A DNA stretch of 64,000 nt from Leptolyngbyaceae cyanobacterium (GTDB taxonomy: Bacteria > Cyanobacteriota > Cyanobacteriia > Phormidesmidales > Phormidesmidaceae). The first letter of the stretch is position 1. Every line of letters starts with the position of its first letter. The position numbers and the translations under genes are program-made. The notes under the pieces are model-generated. The model did no database searches, was not told the origin of the DNA, and was given only the letters and a program-made list of their open reading frames with translations. Where the stretch lies: contig JBHJHA010000060.1 of assembly GCA_050331235.1 (NCBI GenBank), positions 1-64,000 of the forward strand. The letters run 5' to 3'. Below, one piece after another: positions 29,540 to 37,626 of the stretch.

Positions 29540-30649
29540 ATGCCGGCTTTCATTCGCCCCGAGCTTCAGCGGTTTTCGGCCTACGGCGCGCACGCTTCAA
29601 CCGAAGAGCTGTCCCTGCCGAAATCAGTTGATCAGCTAGATACCAATGAATCTTCTTACGATTTGCCCGGTGAGTTGAAGGACAAATTGGCCTGGGAGTA
29701 TCAGAACACGATTAAGGCCAACCGTTATCCCGACGGGGGACACTTTGATTTGAGAGCGGCGATCGCTGCATATGCTAATGAGTCTGCTGATTTACATCCA
29801 GCGGCCATCACGGCTGACCATGTCACGGTTGGCAACGGTTCAGATGAGTTGATTCGCTCATTATTGATTGCCACTTGTGTGGGGCGGACAGGAGCCATCT
29901 TGGTGGCAGAGCCCACGTTTTCGATGTATCGAATTTTGGCTCAGACTTTAGGGGTTGAGGTGATTGCCGTTGAGCGTGACCCCCAAACCTTTGCCATACA
30001 GGTGGCAGCGGCTCAGTCAGCGATCTCCAACGCAGCGACTCCTGTGCGGATGATCTTTATGGTGTCTCCCAACTCCCCGACTGGCAATAGCCTAACGACC
30101 GCCGAGTTGAATTGGATGCGGAATCTATCGACCGACATTTTAGTGGTTGTTGACGAAGCTTACTTTGAATTTTGCCAACAAACGGTACTTGCCGACGCAT
30201 TATCACGGCCAAACTGGCTGGTGACGCGGACGTTCTCCAAAGCCTTTCGTCTCGCGGCTCACCGGGTGGGGTATGCCATCTCTACTCCAGAGACGATAGC
30301 AGTTTTAGAAAAAGTCCGTTTGCCCTACAACCTGCCTAGCTTTTCACAGTTTGCGGCTTTATCTGCCTTAAAACAGGCTCCAGCATTGCTGGCTAAAGTA
30401 GCGGAAGTGCAGCATGAGCGGGACTTAATGATGTCGGCGTTGGCCAAGCTACCCAATTTACAAATCTGGCCAAGCGATGCCAACTTTATTTACGGCCGCC
30501 CCACGGATCACGGGGCCGACAAAATCGCACAGCAGCTCTATCAGCTAGGGTCAAAGATACGTCATACCGGCGGTGGCTTGCGCATCACTGTTGGGACGCC
30601 CGCTGAAAATCAACGCACCATCAGCCACCTCAAACAGGTGCTTTTGTAG
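29540..30649 (+). CDS. hisC: Histidinol-phosphate aminotransferase
   Basis: LDTNES, NRYPD, GNGSDELI, PNSPTG, VDEAY, RTFSKAFRLAAHRVGY. Confidence 0.92.
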   Translation: MPAFIRPELQRFSAYGAHASTEELSLPKSVDQLDTNESSYDLPGELKDKLAWEYQNTIKANRYPDGGHFDLRAAIAAYANESADLHPAAITADHVTVGNGSDELIRSLLIATCVGRTGAILVAEPTFSMYRILAQTLGVEVIAVERDPQTFAIQVAAAQSAISNAATPVRMIFMVSPNSPTGNSLTTAELNWMRNLSTDILVVVDEAYFEFCQQTVLADALSRPNWLVTRTFSKAFRLAAHRVGYAISTPETIAVLEKVRLPYNLPSFSQFAALSALKQAPALLAKVAEVQHERDLMMSALAKLPNLQIWPSDANFIYGRPTDHGADKIAQQLYQLGSKIRHTGGGLRITVGTPAENQRTISHLKQVLL

Positions 30650-30672
30650 TTCATCAAATCGGATGCCCGAAA

Positions 30673-31143
30673 CTATTGTCGACGCGCTTTGCGGACAGTG
30701 CAGGGGAAGACACCCACGAGCATCGAGAATGCCTCATCAGGCACGCTATCAACGATCGCTTTGTCAAAGTATGTTTTGAACTGATCCAGGATCATTTGGG
30801 CCCGCTCAATGGGAATGGGTTTGTCGGTGAAGTTTTGGGTGAGGCGAATCCACTGCAAGCGAATCCGAATAGCCTTTTGCTGGTCTTCGTAAGTCTTCGG
30901 CTCCACTAGGGAGAGGTTGCCTAAGGCCGTAATGTGATCGCACCGCTCGTCAAGCGCACCGCCAACAGCTGCACCCGGACCAGCAAACTCTGCGTGGAAT
31001 TTTTTGTAAACGACAATACCGTTGCGGCGTCGGCTATTGACAACCCAAAGTTTGCCGCTGTTGATTTTGTCCAAAACGATGTCCGTATGGGAAGGTTGCT
31101 TCACGGGATGAGGGGCCACATCGTCTCGATAAGTTTGGGGCAT
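30673..31143 (-). CDS. Conserved cyanobacterial hypothetical protein
   Basis: 156-aa ORF with motifs SRRRNG, HAEFAGPGAAVGG and LVGVFPCTV, recalled from a cyanobacterial hypothetical family; function unknown. Confidence 0.7.
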   Translation of the reverse strand: MPQTYRDDVAPHPVKQPSHTDIVLDKINSGKLWVVNSRRRNGIVVYKKFHAEFAGPGAAVGGALDERCDHITALGNLSLVEPKTYEDQQKAIRIRLQWIRLTQNFTDKPIPIERAQMILDQFKTYFDKAIVDSVPDEAFSMLVGVFPCTVRKARRQ

Positions 31144-31613
31144 AGTGAATAATTATTCAATCGAAGACTAGCGGGAATCTAGCGGTCAATGATTAAAGAT
31201 AAAACTAAGGCGGTCAACTACTCCGTGGAGGAGTTTTGTTTGTTAGATCTTAGGCATATTTAATTTCCACTTCATTCTAGGGGAAGAGCCTGATAAAACC
31301 GACTTGAACGCCGTGCGGTCTCTGAAGCTGCTATGAAGTTCTCATCAAATTCCGATGATTTCTATGTAAACTCCGCAGCAGCCTCACCATAGGCATCAAG
31401 CAACTTACCTGACTGCGATCGGGGAATAGGCGTTGCGAAAGTCCCACTCATTCCAATCCCCGAAGGTTTAGCTTGAAAAGTCCAACTCTAATAATCGCAG
31501 GACTATGTCAGCACTTCTACTGAAATTCGTAGGAGTTTGGAGTTATTCTGCCCCTATCTTTGACAGGGCTAACAGCCGCGACCATATCGCCGATTAGTCA
31601 TAAGAAAATTGCC

Positions 31614-31647
31614 ATGCCTGGATCTGCAATTTTGTGGGTTCAGGCAT
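31614..31647 (-). terminator. Possible terminator hairpin after the oxidoreductase gene
   Basis: ATGCCTG...CAGGCAT outer stem with an imperfect inner stem, 45 bp past the stop; only a weak U-tract. Confidence 0.4.
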
Positions 31648-31692
31648 CGCTTATAGGGCTAAAGCAGGGATCGATTTGTTGGGATACAAGAC

Positions 31693-33129
31693 TCAGCGGC
31701 CTAACCAGCGGCGGAGGTTGAAAAAACGTCGCAAAATCGACTGCAGGCGCGTGTTGCTGGCATAGGTTTGTTTGGTCAGCTGTAACGCAGTTTTACTGTT
31801 GATCTCTGAAAGGGTGGGATAGATGTGAATGATCGATTTGAGCGCTCCGACTTTGAGCTTGTTGCTCATGGCCAAGATCACCTCATGAATCAGCTCTCCA
31901 GCAGCGGGACCGACAATATGGGCTCCTAGAATCTCACCATTCTTACGGGTGATAAACTTGGCAAACCCGATACCGGCTCCCTCAGCCAAGGCTCGATCCA
32001 CATGGTCAAAGTCATGGCGTAACACCATCACATCGTCGCCATAGCGTTTACGGGCTTGGTCTTCGGTGAGCCCGACGCGAGACAGCTCTGGTTCGGTAAA
32101 TGTTGCCCAGGGAATCACGCGATAATCGGCTTTCTTAGTCGGTAGGACAAGGGCATTTTGCATGGCCACGGCCCCTTCATACCCCGCAACGTGAGTAAAT
32201 TGATAACCGCCGATGACATCTCCAGCCGCGTAAACTTTGGGATTGGTCGTTTGCAGTTTTGAATTCACCTGGATACCAGCTTTGCTCACTTCAACGCCAG
32301 CTGCCTGAAGATTCAAGGTCTCAATATTGGGAACGCGACCTGTAGCCACTAAAATTTCATCAACCGTGAGGCGATCGCCGGTATCCGTCACGATAACTTT
32401 TTGTCCCGATTCCAGGATCACCTCTTTGGCTCGTGTATTGGTGAGAATCTTGATCCCTTCTGCCTCCATCTGCGCCTGCACAACCTGTGCCGCTTCTGGC
32501 TCTTCTTTGTCCATGATGTGCCCGTGACTGGCAATAATCGTTACTTGGCTGCCTAACCGGGCAAAGGCTTGACCAAGTTCACAACCGATGGGACCAGCCC
32601 CAATGACTGCCAGGGCATTGGGGCGCTGCTCAATGCTAAAAACATTGAGATTGGTCAGATAGCCGGCCTCCTTTAAACCATTGATAGGAGGCAAACCAGG
32701 GCGACCGCCGGTGGCAACCAAGTATGCGCGAGCCTTGAGCTGGCGGCCGTTGACCTCGAACGTCTGAGCATCAGTAAATTGCCCTTCGCCAAAGATCACC
32801 TCAACCCCCAATGACTCAAATCGTTCTGTTGAGTCGTGCTCTTGGATGGTGTCGATGACACGGTGAACATGACCTAGCGCCTCGCGAATACGAATGTCAT
32901 GAATGGAAGCTTCAATGCCATATTGCGCGGCATTCCTCACATCGTGGGCGACTCTGCCAGCATGGATCAAGGACTTGCTAGGAACGCACCCATAATGTAA
33001 GCAGTCACCCCCAAGTCGATGCTCTTTTTCAACCAAGGCAACTTTGGCATTGAGTTGGGCACCCGCGCTAGCGGCTACTAACCCCGCAGACCCCCCTCCA
33101 ATAATGACGAGATCGTAGTCGACAGCCAT
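31693..33129 (-). CDS. Class I pyridine nucleotide-disulfide oxidoreductase (MerA/LpdA-like)
   Basis: GGGSAG, GGDCLHYGCVPSK, GAGPIGCE, AAGDV, HIYPTLSE; ATG 33129 with AAGGAG SD. Confidence 0.88.
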   Translation of the reverse strand: MAVDYDLVIIGGGSAGLVAASAGAQLNAKVALVEKEHRLGGDCLHYGCVPSKSLIHAGRVAHDVRNAAQYGIEASIHDIRIREALGHVHRVIDTIQEHDSTERFESLGVEVIFGEGQFTDAQTFEVNGRQLKARAYLVATGGRPGLPPINGLKEAGYLTNLNVFSIEQRPNALAVIGAGPIGCELGQAFARLGSQVTIIASHGHIMDKEEPEAAQVVQAQMEAEGIKILTNTRAKEVILESGQKVIVTDTGDRLTVDEILVATGRVPNIETLNLQAAGVEVSKAGIQVNSKLQTTNPKVYAAGDVIGGYQFTHVAGYEGAVAMQNALVLPTKKADYRVIPWATFTEPELSRVGLTEDQARKRYGDDVMVLRHDFDHVDRALAEGAGIGFAKFITRKNGEILGAHIVGPAAGELIHEVILAMSNKLKVGALKSIIHIYPTLSEINSKTALQLTKQTYASNTRLQSILRRFFNLRRWLGR

Positions 33130-33350
33130 GGCGTTCTCCTTGTCATCCAATGCGTTCAACAGCTTACTTTGATTTTCAGGTAAGTAACTGAGGCCATGCT
33201 GAGAGGACCCTGCAAATATTCACATATCTACAGGAACGGGGAGTCCGATGGATATCGCTAGTCGCCATGTAGGATTTGACATCGCCCGGAGAAGGCCGAT
33301 GTCAATGTTCGGTTTCACAAGGCCAAGACTTCAAACTGGCCAAGTGAGGC

Positions 33351-33833
33351 TTAGATGGAGAGCCCAAGCTTAACGCCCAAAGCTGCATGAACGAATAGGA
33401 GCAGCATAGCGATGCTGCCGATGTAAGCGTGAGCAGTTCTCAGGGCGGGTTGACCACCACCAAACTTAGAGAGTGAGATCGCGCCATTGAGCCCCAAAAT
33501 CCCGAGGGCGGCGGAGCCAGTCCAAAAATGCGGACTTTGTAAAATAGGTTGATCTTGCATGACCAGCGATAACACACCGCCGATGTAGCCGAGAGCAATA
33601 AACAGGAACATCATCGGGGCAAGCTTTTTATGATCAGCCAATGCCGATTGGGTAGTTTCCGGTACGGTCGCAGTACGGCCGCGCCAGCCCGCCCACGCGA
33701 CATAGAGACCCAGGACAAAAATAACAATACCCATCATGGCAGGATGCCCCCAGTGGATGATGGGCTCAGGCATATCAAATTGAGCAAACCAGTCTGCGAT
33801 CGGTTTTAACCAAGCAGTGAGTTGAGCAGCCAC
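33351..33833 (-). CDS. DUF4079-like membrane protein
   Basis: HWGHP, DHKKLAP, SPHFWTG, RTAHAY, VHA; four TM helices. Confidence 0.75.
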   Translation of the reverse strand: MAAQLTAWLKPIADWFAQFDMPEPIIHWGHPAMMGIVIFVLGLYVAWAGWRGRTATVPETTQSALADHKKLAPMMFLFIALGYIGGVLSLVMQDQPILQSPHFWTGSAALGILGLNGAISLSKFGGGQPALRTAHAYIGSIAMLLLFVHAALGVKLGLSI

Positions 33834-33886
33834 GTCAAATCTCCTTTCAACAGCGGGCGGTCGTTACATGCCTTAACATGCCATAT

Positions 33887-34783
33887 CTATTGCAATTGCG
33901 CAGCTGTTTCGGTCGACTCTTTGAGCAGGGGAAACCCCAAGGCTTCCCGCTGGTCATAGTAAAGCTGGGCGACTTTGCGTGCTAGCCCACGAACCTGGCG
34001 AATATATCGAGTTCGTTCCGTCACAGAGATGACGCCCCGAGCATCGAGCAAATTGAAGGTATGGGAGCATTTCAGCACATAGTCATAGCTTGGTAAAACG
34101 AGCCCTTTTTCCATAAGCTGCTCAGCTTCTTGCTGGAACAAGTTGAAGAGCGTGAACAGGAGTTCGGTATTAGACTCGTCAAAGATGTATTGGGATTGTT
34201 CAATTTCTCCCTGCATATGCACGTCGCCATAGGTGAGGGTGTCGTTCCACCGAATTTTGGCGATCGCATCGACCTCTTTCAAGTACATAGTGAGGCGCTC
34301 CAGACCATAGGTCAGTTCAATGGATACCGGGCGACAATCTAATCCACCGCATTGTTGGAAGTAGGTAAACTGAGTAATTTCCATCCCGTCCAGCCATACC
34401 TCCCAGCCCACTCCCCATGCCCCCACAGCAGCATCTTCCCAGTTGTCTTCTACAAAGCGAATGTCATGATCTTCTGCTTTGATGCCGAGGGCGCGTAAAG
34501 ACTCCAAATACAGGTCTTGAATGTCAGGCGGGGAGGGCTTAATCAGCACCTGATATTGATAGTAGTGCTGATAGCGGTTAGGGTTTTCGCCGTAGCGTCC
34601 ATCGGCTGGGCGGCGACAAGGCTCAGCATAGGCAACGGACCAAGGCTCAGGACCGATGGCTCGTAAAAATGTATGGGGGCTCTTCGTGCCTGCCCCTTTT
34701 TCAGTATCGTAGGGCTGTACAATCAAACAGCCTTGCTTACTCCAAAAGTCGTGCAGGGTCGTAATTACTGATTGAAAATACAC
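33887..34783 (-). CDS. glyQ: Glycine-tRNA ligase alpha subunit
   Basis: [48 protein letters not shown] start at 34783 with GAGG SD. Confidence 0.96.
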   Translation of the reverse strand: MYFQSVITTLHDFWSKQGCLIVQPYDTEKGAGTKSPHTFLRAIGPEPWSVAYAEPCRRPADGRYGENPNRYQHYYQYQVLIKPSPPDIQDLYLESLRALGIKAEDHDIRFVEDNWEDAAVGAWGVGWEVWLDGMEITQFTYFQQCGGLDCRPVSIELTYGLERLTMYLKEVDAIAKIRWNDTLTYGDVHMQGEIEQSQYIFDESNTELLFTLFNLFQQEAEQLMEKGLVLPSYDYVLKCSHTFNLLDARGVISVTERTRYIRQVRGLARKVAQLYYDQREALGFPLLKESTETAAQLQ

Positions 34784-34942
34784 GCCAGTTCTTTCCTCGT
34801 CCACTCTGAATAAATCAACCTTAGTCGACTTTACGGTAGAAAGGCGGCAGATTCTAGGGGAACCTGGAAGACCCATCTGTCGTGCCACAGCAGGGCGTCG
34901 CCGTGGCCGTCACTCAAAACTACGGAGCGGGGTGCCTAGCAG

Positions 34943-36280
34943 CTAAAGGACTAAATTACGTCCGGGATCGCCCAAGATATAAGGAGTCTGACCCATGACA
35001 ATTTTAGGCTCAAAGGTGTCTGGCGGAGCAGCTTGTCCCCAGTGCTGCTGTAAAGACAGCAGCAAGGCATCCTGTTGTGCCCTTAGCAGTTCAATATCGC
35101 CGCCCCAGTTTTGAATCGAAAACCACACAGGTCCTCGCTCTTGGGTAGGGAAGTATCCTGCCAACGAGCTAACTGTGTTGAGGGTGCCCGTTTTGAGCGC
35201 AGCTTGAGTGGGCAACTCGCGAAAAATCAAAGTGCCTTCGTCTTGGCCAAAGACGGGCATCACATCGGAGATCGATAGGCCGTGGGGCCGTAGCTGACGC
35301 TGGATATCCAGTAGAATTGCCACCACCGCCCGGGGCGAGAGCCGATTTTCAATACCTAAGCCAGAGCCGTTGATCAAACGAATTTCGTCAGTGGGCACGC
35401 CGGTTTTGGCTGCAGCCTTGGCCGCAACGGTGTTAGGACCGCCAGCCGCACGGGCAAATTGGTCAGCCATAGCGTTGTTGCTGTAGATGTTCATCGCCTT
35501 GAGCAACGGCACTAGGGGCAGCGATTGGTGACGGACGAGCCACTGCGGAGTCATCACAGCAGTGGTTGGTTCGACGACAATGCTGCCGGCGATCGCCAAA
35601 TTAGGGGCGGCAGTGTCGGGAGGCATCGTACTGTGAACGTAATACACCTCATCGGACCAGCGATTGACATCCACCGCTTGCATAAATAACTCGCCAGAAC
35701 GATAGGAATCCGGTTCAAAATTCATGGCGAACTCGCCCAAGATGATCAGATTGCCTGTCACCTGTTGAATACCCTGCTGGTTGAGCGTGTTAGCTAAGGC
35801 GATCGCCTCCTCCCAAACAAAATACGGATCGCCTGTCCATTCAATGACTAGATCACCATTGATAATGCCGTTTTCTAGGGTGCCGGTGTAGCCAAACTTC
35901 GTTTCAAACCGGTGGCTCACTGGCCAGGTCTCCAATGCGGCTAATGTTGTGGCCATTTTGGTGAGAGATGCCGACGACAAGGGCCGGTAAGGCTGATTGA
36001 CCGCGATCGCAGTGCCCCCGGTTTGTACCCAAATACCCTGTGCTTCTGGGTCAAAGCCCTGCTCGGCCAAACGAGCAAGGTAGTTGCGCACAATTGCTTT
36101 AGCTTCCGGGTCAGGGGCATTCATAGTCAACACCCATGGCGACTCCCAGCCGGCAATTGTTTGCAGAGAGGGCCACGGCATCGGCTCTAGAGGAATAGTC
36201 GATGTTGGCTGATTGCTCAACAGGGAAAATATGCTTAACGCCATCAGGAGGGAACTTTGAAGCATTGACCCATTTATCAC
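34943..36280 (-). CDS. dacB: D-Ala-D-Ala carboxypeptidase/endopeptidase, peptidase S13 (PBP4)
   Basis: SxxK (SLTK), SxN (SNN), NGSGL and KTGTL motifs; signal peptide. Confidence 0.88.
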   Translation of the reverse strand: MINGSMLQSSLLMALSIFSLLSNQPTSTIPLEPMPWPSLQTIAGWESPWVLTMNAPDPEAKAIVRNYLARLAEQGFDPEAQGIWVQTGGTAIAVNQPYRPLSSASLTKMATTLAALETWPVSHRFETKFGYTGTLENGIINGDLVIEWTGDPYFVWEEAIALANTLNQQGIQQVTGNLIILGEFAMNFEPDSYRSGELFMQAVDVNRWSDEVYYVHSTMPPDTAAPNLAIAGSIVVEPTTAVMTPQWLVRHQSLPLVPLLKAMNIYSNNAMADQFARAAGGPNTVAAKAAAKTGVPTDEIRLINGSGLGIENRLSPRAVVAILLDIQRQLRPHGLSISDVMPVFGQDEGTLIFRELPTQAALKTGTLNTVSSLAGYFPTQERGPVWFSIQNWGGDIELLRAQQDALLLSLQQHWGQAAPPDTFEPKIVMGQTPYILGDPGRNLVL

Positions 36281-36389
36281 GCAACGGCCATTATCCTAGC
36301 GGACACAAGCATCATTCGGAGCATGGCTATCAGTGCACAAAGCCCTGATGTGGCCGTTAGTGAAGAGGGAATGGCACAAGGCCATAGAC

Positions 36390-36422
36390 AAAAAAATCCC
36401 CCTGATCAACTAGGGGGATTTT
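36390..36422 (-). terminator. Rho-independent terminator of the PEP-CTERM gene
   Basis: AAAATCCCCCT / AGGGGGATTTT stem; the A-run at 36390-36396 gives a U-tract on the minus strand. Confidence 0.8.
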
Positions 36423-36461
36423 AATTCACTTACTCAAGTCAGGGATGCGATCGCGCTAGAC

Positions 36462-37193
36462 CTAAGCCAGTTTTTTCTTTACCGCGCTGCCTGCAGCTAC
36501 AGCCCCCACAGCCAACACCGCCAAAGCTGACATGGGCTCAGGGACGTCTGCTGAGCTGGTTAATCCCTTAGCAACTAGAACCACGTCGTTAAAGTCGCGA
36601 TCGCCACCGTTGTAGAGGTCTTCAAAACCGATGAAGGTGAAGTACTCACCGGAAGCTTCGTCATTGTAGCCAAATGCCGTGATGTGATTGATGCCGTCAG
36701 GATTTTCATCCGGATTAGCACCATACACGTTAGTACCACCGTTGTAGCCATTAGCTTTGATGAAAAGCTCAAATTGTGCGACCGCGGGGAGTCCGCCAAA
36801 GTCACTGAGTTCGAAGCCATCACCAGCATTTAGAGAGCCGCCAGAGCCCTGCTTAGAGGCATTCCCAAACAGCATTTGCTTTTCACTATCGGCAGCAGAA
36901 AATAAAACCTGGTTTTTGTAACCAGCACCCTCATCAATGAAGTAAACTTCCACTGATTTCGACGTATCAAATATTAAGGTAGATGCATCTAGTTCTTGAA
37001 GTTGAGCATCGGACAGTGCTTCTCTCTCACCGTTCACGTTGGACTTAAAGAAGTCCAACAGTTCTTGACTGTAGCTATCGGTGAAGCTCGTGGCAGTTTT
37101 TTGGAAGGTAAAAGCTTGAGCTTCTGCAGCGGCCAAGGTAGATGCGAAAGCAGCTGTAGCAATAGCGAGTTGTGCTTTAGTGAAAATTTTCAT
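36462..37193 (-). CDS. Secreted PEP-CTERM protein with a DUF4114-like domain
   Basis: Signal peptide ending AQA; YFIDEGAGYKN, IGFEDLYNGGDRDFNDVV; C-terminal VPEP + TM + KKK. Confidence 0.88.
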   Translation of the reverse strand: MKIFTKAQLAIATAAFASTLAAAEAQAFTFQKTATSFTDSYSQELLDFFKSNVNGEREALSDAQLQELDASTLIFDTSKSVEVYFIDEGAGYKNQVLFSAADSEKQMLFGNASKQGSGGSLNAGDGFELSDFGGLPAVAQFELFIKANGYNGGTNVYGANPDENPDGINHITAFGYNDEASGEYFTFIGFEDLYNGGDRDFNDVVLVAKGLTSSADVPEPMSALAVLAVGAVAAGSAVKKKLA

Positions 37194-37626
37194 GATGGAA
37201 CTCTTGCGAAATGACATTCTCAAGATAAGTGAAATAATTTGCTAGCGGCAGGCTTTTGTGTCGAATTTTACAGGTTCTTTGATTTTAGATTTGATTGGCT
37301 TGAAATTTGGAGTAACAGTCTTACAAGAACTCAAAAAAGAGCTTTTCAAATCGTGGAAGCTGCGTATATTTCCGGTTATTTGAAAGCATTTTGACTGCAG
37401 AAAAAATGGATCTCAGAGAAAGCGCTGAGGCCTCTAGTACTGCCCGTCCGTAAGAACATCATCTGACAAGCAGGTAAGCAGCGGCCCAGGCGGCTGGTGT
37501 AGTGATTTCCACTTGGATGCCACAAGAGAGTCTAACTGCGGACTGCCTCGCCAGCATCGCAGGACTGTTCAGCCGCTTGGGTAGCTTCTCCCAGGCAACT
37601 CTAAAGGGGCATGATTAGCCAGTGGG

